A stretch of 64,000 nucleotides of DNA from Eledone cirrhosa (Eukaryota). Made by a program: the position numbers and the translations under genes. The stretch covers positions 1,426,001 to 1,490,000 of the forward strand of contig OZ024766.1 of assembly GCA_964016885.1 (NCBI GenBank), in the 5' to 3' direction. Positions 1 through 14,307 of this stretch are shown here, one piece after another. How positions within the stretch are numbered: position 1 is the stretch's first letter; every line of letters begins with the position of its first letter. The notes below the pieces were generated by a model. That model searched no databases and was not told the origin of the DNA. It saw nothing but the letters and a program-made list of their open reading frames with translations.

Positions 1-3000
1 ATTTCTAAAACGTCATCATAAGTGTCTAAAATGGCTTAAACGTAGTCATAAATTACTAAAATGTCATCATACATGACTAAAATGACTCTACAATGGCTAA
101 AACGACATCATAGATGACTAAAATGACTCTAAAATGCCTAAAAAGGCATCATAAATGATTTAAAAGGCTAAAACATCATCATAAATGACTCAAATTACTC
201 TCAAATGGCTAAAACGGCATCATAAATGACTAAATTGACTCTAAAATGGCTTATAAAGTATCATAAATGAGTAAAATGGCTAAAACGTCATCATAAATGA
301 CTAAAATGACTCTGAAATGGCTAAAACAGCATCATAAATGACTTAATTGAATCTGAAATGGCTAAAACAGCATCATGAATGACTAAAATGACTCTAAAAT
401 GCCTAAAAAGGCATCATAAATGAGTAAAATGGCTAAAACATCATCATAAATGACTCAAATTACTCTGAAATGGCTAAAACGGCATCAGAAATGACTAAAA
501 TGACTCTTAAATAACTGAAAAGGCATCATAAATGAGTAAAATGGCCAAAACGTCATCATAAATGACTCAAATGACTCTGAGATGGCTAAAACAGCATCAT
601 AAATGACTAAATTGAGTCTGAAATGGCTAAAAAAGTATCATAAATGAGTAAAATGGCTAAAACGTCATCATAAATGACTAAAATGACTCTGAAATGGCTA
701 AAACAGCATCATAAATGACTTAATTGACTCTGAAATGGCTAAGACAGCATCATAAATGACTAAAATGACTCTAAAATGCCTAAAAAGGCATCATAAATGA
801 GTAAAATGGCTAAAACATCATCATAAATGACTCAAATTACTCTGAAATGGTTAAAACGGCATCATAAATGACTAAATTGACTCTGAAATGGCTAAAACAG
901 CATTATAAATGACTAAAATGACTCTTAAATAACGAAAACGGCATCATAAATGAGTAAAATGGCTACAACATCATCATAAATGACTCAAATTACTCTGAAA
1001 TGGCTAAAACGGCATCAGAAATGACTAAAATGCCTCTTAAATAACTGAAAAGGCATCATAAATGAGTAAAATGGCTAAAACGTCATCATAAATGACTAAA
1101 ACGTCACCATATGTGACTAAAATGTCTAAAACGTCATCATAAGTGTCTAAAATGGCTTAAACGTAGTCATAAATTACTAAAATGTCATCATACATGACTA
1201 AAATGACTCTACAATGGCTAAAACGACATCATAGATGACTAAAATGACTCTAAAATGCCTAAAAAGGCATCATAAATGATTTAAAAGGCTAAAACATCAT
1301 CATAAATGACTCAAATTACTCTGAAATGGCTAAAACGGCATCATAAATGACTAAATTGACTCTAAAATGGCTTATAAAGTATCATAAATGAGTAAAATGG
1401 CTAAAACGTCATCATAAATGACTAAAATGACTCTGAAATGGCTAAAACAGCATCATAAATGACTTAATTGAATCTGAAATGGCTAAAACAGCATCATGAA
1501 TGACTAAAATGACTCTAAAATGCCTAAAAAGGCATCATAAATGAGTAAAATGGCTAAAACATCATCATAAATGACTCAAATTACTCTGAAATGGCTAAAA
1601 CGGCATCAGAAATGACTAAAATGACTCTTAAATAACGAAAACGGCATCATAAATTAGTAAAATGGCTACAACATCATCATAAATGACTCAAATTACTCTG
1701 AAATGGCTAAAACGGCATCAGAAATGACTAAAATGACTCTAAAATGCCTAAAAAGGCATCATAAATGAGTAAAATGGCTAAAACATCATCATAAATAACT
1801 CTAAACACTCTGAAATGGCTAAAACGGCATCAGAAATGACTAAAATGCCTCTTAAATAACTGAAAAGGCATCATAAATGAGTAAAATGGCTAAAACGTCA
1901 TCATAAATGACTAAAACGTCACCATATGTGACTAAAACGTCTAAAACGTCATCATAAGTGTCTAAAATGGCTTAAACGTAGTCATAAATTACTAAAATGT
2001 CATCATACATGACTAAAATGACTCTACAATGGCTAAAACGACATCATAGATGACTAAAATGACTCTCAAATGCCTAAAAAGGCATCATAAATGATTTAAA
2101 TGGCTAAAACATCATCATAAATGACTCAAATTACTCTGAAATGGCTAAAACGGCATCATAAATGACTAAATTGACTCTAAAATGGCTTGAAAAGTATCAT
2201 AAATGAGTAAAATGGCTAAAACGTCATCATAAATGAATAAAATGACTCTGAAATGGCTAAAACAGCATCATAAATGACTTAATTGACTCTGAAATGTCTA
2301 AAACGTCATCATAAGTGTCTAAAATGGCCTAAACGTCGTCATAAATGACTAAAACGTCATCATACATGACTAAAATTACTCTAAAATGCCTAAAACGGCA
2401 TCATAAATGAGTAAAATGGCTAAAACATCATCATAAATGACTCTAAACACTCTGAAATGGCTAAAACGGCATCAGAAATGACTAAAATGACTCTTAAATA
2501 ACTGAAAAGGCATCATAAATGAGTAAAATCGCTAAAACATCATCATAAATGACTCAAGTTACTCTGAAATGGCTAAAACCTCATCAGAAATGACTAAAAT
2601 GACTCTTAAATAACTGAAAAGGCATCATAAATGAGTAAAATGACTAAAACGTCATCATAAATAACTAAAACGTCACCATAAATGACTAAAATGTCTAAAA
2701 CGTCAACATACCTGTCTAAAATGGCTTAAACGTCGTCATAAATTACTAAAACGTCATCATACATGACTAAAATGACTCTACAATGGCTAAAACGGCATCA
2801 TAGATGACTAAAATGACTCTAAAATGCCTAAAAAGACATTATAAATGAGTAAAATGGCTAAAACATCATCATAAATGACTCAAATTATTCTGAAATGGCT
2901 AAAACGGCATCACAAATGACTAAAATGACTCTTAAATAACTGAAAAGGCAACATAAATGACTAAAATGTCTAAAACGTCATCATAAGTGTCTAAAATGGC

Positions 3001-6000
3001 TTAAACGTCGTCATAAATTACTAAAACGTCATCATACATGACGAAAATGACTCTACAATGGCTAAAATAGCAGCATAAAGGAGTAAATTGGCTAAAACGT
3101 CGTCATAAATGACTAAAACATCATCATAAATGAAAATAAATGACTCTTCAATGGCTAAAACGGCATCATAAATGACTAAAATAACTCTTAAATAACTGAA
3201 AAGGCATCATAAATGAGTAAAATGGCTAAAACGTCATGATAAATGACTGAAACGTCACCATAAGTGTCTAAAATGGCTTTAACGTCGTCATAAATTACTA
3301 AAAGATCATCATACATGACTAAAATGACTCTACAATGACTAAAACGTCACCATAAATGACTAAAATGTCTAAAACGTCATCATAAGTGTCTAAAATGGCT
3401 TAAACGTCGTCATAAATTACTAAAACGTCATCATACATGACTAAAATGACTCTACAATGGCTAAAACGGCATCATTAATGACTATAATGTCTAAAAAAGG
3501 CAGCATAAATGAGTAAATTGGCTAAAACGTCGTCATAAATGACTAAAACATCATCATATATGACAAAAAATGACTCTTCAAGGGCTAAAACGGCATCATA
3601 AATGACTAAAATGACTCTTAAGTAACTGAAAAGGCATCATAAATGAGTAAAATGGCTAAAACGTCATCATAAATGACTGAAACGTCACCATAAGTGTCTA
3701 AAATGGCTTAAACGTCGTCATAAATTACTAAAACGTCATCATACATGACTAAAATGACTCTACAATGGCTAAAACGGCATCATAGATGACTAAAATGACT
3801 CTTAAATAACTGAAAAGGCATCATAAATGAGTAAAATGATTAAAACGTCATCATAAATGACTCAAATGACTCTGAAATGGCTAAAACGGCATCATAAATG
3901 ACTAAATTGACTCATAAATAACTGAAAAGGCATCATAAATGAGTAAAATGGCTACAACGTCATCATAAATGATTAAAATGTCACCATAAATGACTAAAAT
4001 GTCTAAAACGGCATCATAAATGACTAAAATGGATAAAAAGTCATCATAAATGACTAAGACGTCATCATAAATGTCTCAAATGACTCTGAAATGGCTAAAA
4101 CGGCATTATAATTGACTAAAACATCATCATAAATGGCTAAAATGTCTAAAATGGCATCATAAATGATTAAAATGACTCGGAATGGCTAAAAAGGTATCAT
4201 AAATGAGTAAAATGGCTAAAACGTCATCATAAATGACTAAAATGACTCTGAAATGGCTAAAACAGCATCATAAATGAGTAAAATGGCTACAACGTCATCA
4301 TAAATGATTAAAATGTCACCATAGATGACTAAAATGTCTAAAACGGCATCATAAATGACTAAAATGGCTAAAACGTCATCATAAATGGCTAAAACGGCAT
4401 CATAAATGGCTAAATTGATTCTAAAATGGCTAAAACGGCATTATAATTGACTAAAACATCATCATAAATGGCTAAAATGGCTAAAACAGCATCATAAATG
4501 AGTAAAATGACTAACACGTCATCATAAATGACTAAAACGCCACCATAAATGACTAAAATGTCTAAAGCGTCATCTTAAGTGTCTCAAATGGCTAAATCGT
4601 CGTCATAAATGACTAAAACTTCATCATACATGACTAAAATGACTCTACAATGACTAAAACGGCATCATACATGACTAAATTTACTCGAAAATGCCTAAAA
4701 AGGCATCATAAATGAGTAAAATGGCCAAAACGTCATCATAAATAACTAAAACGTCATTATAAATTACTAAAATGGCTAAAACCTCATCATAAATGACTAA
4801 AATGACTCTGAAATGTCTAAAAGGGCATCATAGATGAATAAAATGGCTACAACGTCATCATAAATGATTAAAACGTCATATAAATGACTAAAATGTCTAA
4901 AACGGCATCATACATGACTAAAATGACTCTACAATGGCTAAAATGGCATCATAGATGACTAAAATGACTCTAAATTGCGTAAAAAGGCATCATAAATGAG
5001 TAAAATGGCTAAAACGTCATCATGAATGACTGAAATGGCTAAAACGGCATCATAAATGGCTAAAGTTACTCTAAAATGTCTAAAAAGGTATCATGAATGA
5101 GTAAAATGGCCAAAACGTCATCATAAATGTCTAAAACGTTCTTATGAATTACTGAAATGGCTAAAACCGCATCATAAATGACTAAAATGACCCTAAAATG
5201 GCTACAAAAGCATCATAAATGAGTAAAATGGCTAAAACGTCATCATAAATGGCTAAAACGGCATCATAAATGGCTAAATTGACTATAAAATGGCTAAAAC
5301 GGCATTATAAATGACTAAAACATCATCATAAAGGGCTATAATGGCTATAACGGCATCATAAATGACTAAAACCTCATCATAAATTACTAAAACGTCACCA
5401 TAAATGACTAAAATGTCTAAAACAGCATCATGAATGGCTAAAATGGCTAAAACGGCATCATAAATGGCTAAAAAGGCAGCATAAATGAGTAAAATGGTTA
5501 AAACGTCATCATAAATGACTAAAACGTCGCCATAAATGACTAAAATGTCTAAAACGGCATCATAAGTGGCTAAAATGGCTAAAACGTCGTCATAAATGAC
5601 TAAAACGTCATCATACATGACTCTACAATGGCTAAAACGGCATCATGAATGACTAAAATGACTCTAAAATGCCTAAAAAGGCATCCTGAATGAGTAAAAT
5701 GACTAAAACGTCATCATAAATCACTAAAAAGGCTAAAACGGCATCATAAATGACTAAAATGTCTAAAACGGCATCATAAATGTCTAATGTTACTCTCAAA
5801 TAGCTACAAAGGCATCATAAATGAGTAAAATGGCTAAAACGTCATCATAAATGACTAAAACGTCGTCATAAATGGCTAAAGCAGCATCATAAATGGCTAA
5901 ATTGATTCTAAAATGGCCAAAACGGCATTATAATTGACTAAAACATCATCACAAATGTCAAAAATGGCTACAACGGCATCATAAACGATTAAAATGACTC

Positions 6001-6671
6001 TGAAATGGCTAAAAAGCTATCATAAATGAGTAAAATGGCTAAAACATCATCATAAATGACTAAAATGACTCTGAATGGCTAATACGGCATCATAAATGAC
6101 TAAAATGACTCTTAAATAACTGAAAAGCATCATGAATGAGTAAAATGGCTACAACGTCATCATAAATGACTAAAACGTCACCATAATATACTAAAATATG
6201 TAAAACGGCATCATAAGTGGCTAAAATGGCTAAAACGTCGTCATAAATGACTAAAACGTCATCAGACATGACTAAAACGTCGTCATAAATGACTTAAACG
6301 GCATCATAAATGACTAAAATGACTCTAAAATGGCTAAAAAGGCATCATAAATGAGTAAAATGAGTAAAACGTCATCATAAATGGCTACATTGACTATAAA
6401 ATGGCTAAAACGGCATTATAAATGACTAAAACATCATCAAAAATTGCTAAAACGGCATCATAAATGAGTAAAATGGCTAAAAAGGCATCATAATTGACTA
6501 AAATGACTAAAACGTCATCATAAATGACTAAAACGTCACCATAAATGACTAAAATGGCTAAAACGTCATCATAAATGACTAAAAAGTCATCATAAATGAC
6601 TAAAATAGCTAAATTGACTCTAAAATGACTAAAACATCATCGTAAATGACTAAAACGTCATCATAAATGAC
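1..6671. repeat. Complex satellite built from 21-, 30- and 41-bp variants of CATCATAAA/TGACTAAAA/TGGCTAAAA modules, with ~0.8-1.1-kb higher-order repeats; truncated by the window start
   Basis: Continuous array. The diagnostic variant CTTATAAAGTA recurs at 250 and 1371 (offset 1121), and the block at 11 recurs at 1132 and 1947. Confidence 0.95.
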
Positions 6672-6703
6672 TTGGCAAGCTATTTAGAACACTGGTTTAA
6701 CCG

Positions 6704-6772
6704 CTTTACTTCCCTCCGAAGAAGAGATATTATCTCGAAAATTAAAGACATTTAAATAATTCTAAGGTAAAG
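6704..6772 (+). ncRNA. Hammerhead ribozyme-like motif, type I, degenerate (U4->C)
   Basis: CCGAAGA-A-GAGAT/ATCTC stem II-GAAA-ATTA...TAAT stem III-TC; flanks CTTTACTT and AAGGTAAAG are partly complementary. Confidence 0.45.
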
Positions 6773-6931
6773 AACTAATTGTCAACAATATCTTTTGCAT
6801 TTGCATTCTTTATTCTATGTCCATACCTGCATTGTTTTGGCTTTATTATACATATACAAACGTTTAATATATATATATAATATATATATATTAATGTAAT
6901 ATATATATTAATATATATATATATAATATAT

Positions 6932-6964
<33 letters not shown>

Positions 6965-6971
6965 TAATGTA

Positions 6972-7002
<31 letters not shown>

Positions 7003-7064
7003 ATATTATATATATAATATATAATATATGTGAGAAAAACCACAGACCCACCATCTCAACTCTA

Positions 7065-7100
7065 CTTTTGAAAAGCAGAAGAACTGCGAAACCGGTAAAG
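7065..7100 (+). ncRNA. Minimal type I hammerhead ribozyme with U3-A8 core variant
   Basis: CTT-TTGAAAA-GCAG aagaa CTGC-GAAA-CCGG-TA-AAG: all three stems pair, stem III is palindromic, cleavage triplet GUA. Confidence 0.55.
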
Positions 7101-7393
7101 GAACCAAATAAATATATATATTTTAAAAAAAAATAAAACTCCAGTTGCATTTTCGATTTCATCTTTTTTTCTTTATACTTTCACTTGTGTAGGACACCTC
7201 GGTTATTTTTCATTTTGTAAAAAAACCTCACTTTCTAATATAATATATATATATATATTAATATATATATACATATATATAATATATATATATATATTAG
7301 ATATATATTAATATATATATAAAATATATATAAATATATGTATATAATATATATATTAATATATATAATATATATATATTATATATATATATA

Positions 7394-7435
<42 letters not shown>

Positions 7436-8012
7436 ATACTATATATATATTATATATATATTATATATATATATATATAATATATATAATATATATATAT
7501 ATAATAATATATATATTATATATATATATGAAGGATAAGTATTTTAAACTTTATTTTATCATGAGTTAAGGGTCTATTGATTTTTCCCTGGATTTCACTA
7601 AATTCTGTGGATGAATTTGTATCCTGATTCTCTTTTGAGATGAGTTTGAATTATTTTTCCTAAATCTTACGTTAACTATTTTTCCCATCTTGACCACATA
7701 GTCGCATATATATATTATAGAATACTGTTAGCTTCTCGCTAAAACAATTTCTATACCTTTCATATATATATATTATATATTAATATATTAAAATATATAT
7801 ATATTAATATAGATATATAAACGCAGAAGTGGATATTTCAAAAAACCTTGCAACCGGAGGAAGACAGGAAGACGATACTTTGGTTCGTGGAAACGTTCCC
7901 TTCACAAAACATACAGGTAATATATACTTACCTATGCAAATAAGTAATGGTATGAACATAACATATACTTAGCTACCACATCAAGACGTAAGATATCCAC
8001 GTATAGATCGAA

Positions 8013-8945
8013 CTATCTGTTAGGGTATAATGTGGGGCTGTAATACAGGAAAGTTTTGTGCAATTTATGTTTACAAGCCGAAATTGCCTCAGTTCTTTTG
8101 TTTAAGATGTGGTCTGTGGCGTAGAGTATTTCCAGGGCCTCAGCGGCGCAGAGGTCACATGGTCTTTTATTTCCGTTATACGATCTAGCCCTAGCTAGGA
8201 TCTCCCAGTGTAACTTATATTGGGTGTGGTTGTCTTTTAGACTCCAGATATAAGCTGAAAGTGACGTCATATTCCTTCTTAGAGTGTAACGAAAAGAATG
8301 GGTATGCATGTAAAGACGCTGCTTGAATCTATTGGCGGTTAACCCTATGTAGGCTCTACGGGACGTGGGTGTTTCAACCTTACATTTGTAGACAATGTTA
8401 CTAAAGAGGCATTTCCCGGATAGGGGGCAATCAACCCGATTCCTACAATTACAGTGAGTACTAACTAGAGGGTTGCACGTGTTCCTACGGCTAGGTAGTT
8501 TAGCTAAATTTGAAGCTGTGATGTTATGTGCAAGGTTAGGAGTCGTAGAGTAAGACATTTTAATAGTATTTCTATTAAAAATGTTACTATATTTATGTGT
8601 AGGGGGAAAATGCTTCGTAATAAGGGATAGAAAGATCTTAGGTAATGGTGTGGCAAACCTCCATATTATATGGTGGGTTATACCAACAAATGCGACGGGA
8701 TCTATTTCTTCTAGGTCTATTTTCGTACTCTGTATATGCTACCTTATCGACATATCCACTCCGAGCAAGAGCTTCATTGTAATAAGTGGAATGGTCGTTG
8801 AAAATATGCTCGTTAGTAGATAGACGGGAAAGCCTCAACGAAACGTTTCTTACCAGGTTCTTGGTTATGCTGGCAGGATGGTTGGAATGCTTACTTATGT
8901 AATTAAGCGTATAGTCTGCCTTTCATAGGTTATAGATTCCATACA
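8013..8945 (-). mobile_element. 5'-truncated Penelope-like retroelement (Naiad-type): RT thumb, linker and C-terminal GIY-YIG endonuclease; frameshifted pseudogene
   Basis: Translation SKHSNHPASI..LSRLSTNEHIF..ICWYNPPY [+1 frameshift near 8655] ..KHFPPTHKYSNIFNRNTIKMSYS..CNCRNRVDCPLSGKC..IVYKC..AYIGLT..FKQRLYMH..CDLC..LNKRTE..CKH. Embedded in (TA)n. Confidence 0.9.
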
Positions 8946-9926
8946 CTGGTGGTTTTTTCCCTGTATTATTGATAACTCACTATATATCTCTCTCTGGTGT
9001 GTTACCTTTTCAACATATTGTATTTTAAAGAGCTCAGGATCTCTTGTCCTTTGAGCACATTATTTACAAGGAATAGCGAGGGCCTATGCCTCCGTTAATT
9101 TATCGTGATATAAATATATATATATATATATATATATTTAATATATATATAATATATATATATTTAATATATATATATATATATTTAATATATATATAAA
9201 ATATATATATATATATATTTAATATATATATATATATTATATATATATAAAATATATATATATATATAAAATATATATATATATATAAAATATATATATA
9301 TATAATATATATTTAATATATATATATATATATTAAATACATATATATATTAAATATATATATATATATAATACATGGAAAGTTATATTTAAATTGTTGG
9401 GTTAACAACGAGTAAATATTTATAACTGATATAAAAGCACTCAACAAGTATTTGGAGTATATTTATGATATTATGAAATAAATATGGTTTTATAAATATA
9501 GTTTCCATTTATTTAATATCATATATATATAATATATATATATATATTAAATATATATATAGTATATATATATTAAATATATATATAGATATATATTATA
9601 GTATTAGTTAGTAACCTACATAGAGCACTCTTTATTCCTGGACCTTTCCGACGGAATTACTTCATTTACACATATATATATATTATATATATATTGATAT
9701 ATATTATATATATATGTATATATATATATATACATAGTAAGGTGCATTATTGGTCGTGTAAAATGGTCCAATAACTTTATGTTAGCAATATTAAGTCCTC
9801 CACGCTTTTGTATATCTCCAATATATATATATATATATATATAATATATATATATATAATATATATATATATATAATATATATAATAATATATAATAATA
9901 TATATAATAATATATATAATATATAT

Positions 9927-9968
<42 letters not shown>

Positions 9969-10023
9969 TAATAATATATATAATAATATATATAATATAT
10001 ATAATAATATATATAATATATAT

Positions 10024-10096
<73 letters not shown>

Positions 10097-10680
10097 TAAT
10101 AATACATATATATATATATAATATATATATAATATATATAATATATATATAATATATATATATAATATAATATATATATATATATAATATATATATATAT
10201 ATAATATAATATATATATATATATAATATATGTATATAATATAATATATATATAATATATATATATAATATAATATATATATATAATATAATATATATAT
10301 AATATAATATATATATAATATATATATATATATAATATAATATATATATATATAATATAATATATATATATATATATATAATATGTGCGAAATTCCTTCC
10401 TTGCTCACATTTCAACCAGGTTTGATGGTCTTTATTCTCTCGTTCACGATTCCACCGAATTTATATTCATAGAAATCTGGGACTTGTTTCCTTCTTCATC
10501 ACTTTCTGCTGCTTAAACCATTTTGTTTGTTTACCCTAGCGTCCCCTTTATTTACGTGTCCCAACAACTTTTTTTTAGCCGTTGCTCGCACCAACCTGAG
10601 GTATATGGCCTTTAATGCGACGAAATGCCTACGACGGTTGGATGGCCACTGATGAGGACAAACTTTTTCATATATATATA

Positions 10681-10711
<31 letters not shown>

Positions 10712-11146
10712 ATATATATATATAATATATCCCCTGTGATTGTTTCATATGTTTAATTATATGTCAATCAATTTCTAGTTGATATGTAAATATATATAAA
10801 TATATATATATAATATATATAATATATATATATATATATAATATATATATATATATGATAATAATAACTATTATGGAATGCAAAACAATTTACCTGCATA
10901 AAAAAAAAAATAAATAAAATCCATAAAAATTATAAGAAAAAAACCCCAACCACAACAACAACAACAACAACAACAAGAACAATGGGTATTTTTCAACTAT
11001 ATCTTTATTATCATAGTTATTATTATCATTATCATCAATGATGTGACTTTTAAAACATTTAAGTATGGGCTGATAACAAATAAAATTTCTTATATAAAGA
11101 TTTCTCATCAGACACACTGTAGATTATGGTGTATATACATGCAGGA

Positions 11147-11189
<43 letters not shown>

Positions 11190-11217
11190 CGTGTGTATAT
11201 ATCATTATATATATATT

Positions 11218-11298
11218 CGGTCGTCAAGTTTGAAATTTGTAGAACTTTGTAAAAAAAAAAAAAAAAAATTTCTACAAATTTTATATTTGATGACCCTA
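11218..11298. mobile_element. Short palindromic MITE (TIR GGTCGTCAAGTNTGAAATTTGTAG), TA-flanked
   Basis: Inverted arms around a poly-A spacer; same family as 54445-54527 and the 62.3-63.4 kb array. Confidence 0.7.
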
Positions 11299-11324
11299 TA
11301 TATATATATGTGTATATATATATA

Positions 11325-11371
<47 letters not shown>

Positions 11372-11580
11372 GTATATATATATTTGAACACAAATTTATA
11401 TAATATATATGTACACATCATCATTATATAGAACATGAGACCTTATTTAAGTGAAGCACAGAACCCTGGACTCTCTGAGGGGTCAGTGACCTTGCTTCGG
11501 TACTGACTAGGTCTTTGGAGACTTGTCCGGCCCTTATTAGCTGGGAAAGTGGACATTAATATGAGGATTATATACATATA

Positions 11581-11625
<45 letters not shown>

Positions 11626-11854
11626 GTATATATGTATATATATATATATGTATATGTATATATGTATATATATATATGTATATATATGTATATGTATATA
11701 TATATGTATATATGTATATATATATGTATATATATATATATATATATCTCATCATCATCATCTTTGTTTAACATCCATCTTCTACGCTAGCATGGGTTAG
11801 ACATCATCAATATATATATATATATATATATATATACGAGGATGATATACATAC

Positions 11855-11888
<34 letters not shown>

Positions 11889-11960
11889 GCGTGTGTGTAT
11901 ATGTATGTATATAGATAGGTATATATATATATGTAGGTATATATACATAAGCTAACACAC

Positions 11961-11994
<34 letters not shown>

Positions 11995-12467
11995 GTATAC
12001 AAACCTTCATATATATACACACACACATACACTATCATACACAGACACACACACACACATACATACATACAGACAGGCACTATCATACACAGACACACAC
12101 ACACACACACACAGGCAGGCAGACACTATCATACACAGACACACACATACATACATACAGACACACACTATCATACACAGACACACACGCACACACACAC
12201 ACACGCACACACACACACACACACGCGCACACACACACATTCAATAGAGTTTCAAAGAGTGTCTTTCTTTTTATCTACCTCTCTCTCCTTTTGGCAGCAG
12301 TGAAGAATGGGGGGAGGTTGGTTGCAGGAGGTACAAAGAGAAGGAAAGGGGATGCCAGGCAAGCTGGGAGGAGCCTAGGAAAAGTAGGAGGAGCCCGAAG
12401 CAAGGGTGGGGTGGGACCTATGCAGAGTGGGAGGAGTCTAGGTAAGGTGGGAGGGGAGTCTAGGCAA

Positions 12468-12886
12468 GGTGGGAGGAGTCCCAAGCAATGTGGGAGGAGA
12501 CCCAAGCAATGTGGGAGGAGACCCAAGCAATGTGGGAGGAGACCCAAGCAATGTGGGAGGAGACCCAAGCAAGGTGGGAGGAGACCCAAGCAATGTGGGA
12601 GGAGACCCAAGCAATGTGGGAGGAGACCCAAGCAATGTGGGAGGAGACCCAAGCAATGTGGGAGGAGACCCAAGCAAGGTGGGAGGAGACCCAAGCAATG
12701 TGGGAGGAGACCCAAGCAATGTGGGAGGAGACCCAAGCAATGTGGGAGGAGACCCAAGCAATGTGGGAGGAGACCCAAGCAATGTGGGAGGAGACCCAAG
12801 CAATGTGGGAGGAGACCCAAGCAATGTGGGAGGAGACCCAAGCAATGTGGGAGGAGTCCCAAGCAATGTGGGAGGAGTCTAAGCAA
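12468..12886. repeat. 21-bp minisatellite GGGAGGAGACCCAAGCAATGT, ~19 copies
   Basis: Near-perfect tandem copies with degenerate copies on the left; the stop-free 21-mer explains the overlapping repetitive ORFs. Confidence 0.95.
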
Positions 12887-13213
12887 GATAGGAGTAAAGA
12901 GAGAGAGGGGTGGGGGAGAGATTCTGTGTCAAGAGGAGGAGGAGGAAAGTGCTAAAAAAAACAAAAAAAAAACAATAACAACAACCCAACCAAACAACAG
13001 TTGCATGTGAGGGGGGTGGGGCGACAGCGGGGAGGCACAGACAGGATCTAATAGTTTAGCAGCAGTGGTTATAGTGTGTCTGTATCTATATACACACACA
13101 CACACATTATACATACATATATATGTATATATATATAACTTGATGTATGATATTGAGTGTCTTTTCTCTTTTTTTGTTAAAAAAAAATCAATATATATAC
13201 ACAAACATGTGTG

Positions 13214-13244
<31 letters not shown>

Positions 13245-13727
13245 ATATGTGTGTATATACATATATACACATAAACATGTATGTGTATATATATATATAT
13301 ATATATACATATATATGTGTATATATACATATACACAAACATGTATGTGTGTATATATATATGTGTATATATACATATACACACACACATATATATACAT
13401 TGAAGTATGTGAAAGAGAGTGTAACACATATATACGTCTATATATACACACAGAGAAAGAAATATAGAAAAAGCAGGAGAGGGGGAGAGTGTCAAATGGG
13501 CAAGATTGGGGAGGGGGAAGAGAGATGGGGGAAGAGGGAGCGAGCAAAGGGGGCGACAGGAAAGTAGGAGGAGCCTGAGAGAAGGGGGCGTGGTCAAAGT
13601 TGTGTTTGTGTGCACGTGTATGTATATGTGCATATGTATACAGGCAAGTGTATATGCGCGCGCATGCATGTGCGTGTGTGTGTTATGTGTTTGTTGGTGT
13701 ATATGTAATGTCCTTCTGCGTATTTAA

Positions 13728-13862
13728 TTAAAACGAAGATGAGGAATCGTAATCCTCTGGTGGTTTGTCCTTATAACGAGCTTTTCGAATTTCGGCCAAA
13801 CGTTTGCGAGCTGAATCCAATTCCTTCTCTTTGCGTAATATTTCTTCCTGCGCCATAATTTC
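13728..13862 (-). CDS. TLN: Talin last coding exon (dimerisation helix): EIMAQEEILRKEKELDSARKRLAEIRKARYKDKPPEDYDSSSSF*
   Basis: tttgcag acceptor, 135 nt, TAA stop; matches the talin C-terminal I/LWEQ dimerisation helix. Confidence 0.96.
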   Translation of the reverse strand, partial: EIMAQEEILRKEKELDSARKRLAEIRKARYKDKPPEDYDSSSSF

Positions 13863-14307
13863 CTGCAAAAAACATAGGACAAATAAAAACCATATAAATA
13901 CAATTTATGAGACTCTCTCCACCTTCACCCTCCCATGCCATAATACTTGCCTACCCACCTCAGGCATCTTAAATACAAATTGTGGGACTCTTTCCACCTT
14001 CACCCCTCCCCTCCCATGCTATAATACTTGCCGACCCACCCCAGGCATCTTAAAATCTTTTTCCAAGCTATTTCCTGAAAAAGGACTCAAGTCCAAAACA
14101 TAGAAAACTTCAACTACTTTGTGAAACTAATAAGACTGTTTTTGAAATGTTCTGTCTGTCTTGTTTATTCTTGAACTAAATATATATCATCATCATCATC
14201 ATCAGGTTTAGCGTCCGTGTTCCACGCTTGCATGGGTTTGGACGGGGGTTTTCCCACTTGAGGCAAGAGTGGTTGTCTTGCTCGCATAGGACTGTCTATA
14301 TATATAT

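Larger units (their letters stand above)
6865..11995. repeat. Long (TA)n/(TAA)-interrupted microsatellite field separating short unique islands and the Penelope-like element
   Basis: Direct reading; source of the spurious Y/I-rich ORFs. Confidence 0.9.

Noticed and set aside
5283-5618. YDDVLVI repeat ORF
   Set aside because: Satellite translation; open only where the 41-bp unit is absent.
8013-8940. Selenoprotein recoding in the Penelope-like ORF
   Set aside because: Conserved Cys positions use TGT/TGC; the one TGA near 8923 lies at the degraded 5' end and looks like decay.
10645-10670. CTGATGAGGAC half-core; also the GAAACGGC..GCCGTC half at 31965-31995
   Set aside because: Only half of the hammerhead core is present in each case.
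9616-11800. Long Y/I-rich ORFs (also many between 27 and 62 kb)
   Set aside because: Translations of (TA)n/(CA)n microsatellites; no coding signal.
12275-13010. Repetitive ORFs in five frames (GRRPKQC, WEETQAM etc.), superficially protamine-like
   Set aside because: By-product of a stop-free 21-bp minisatellite; no splice or gene context.
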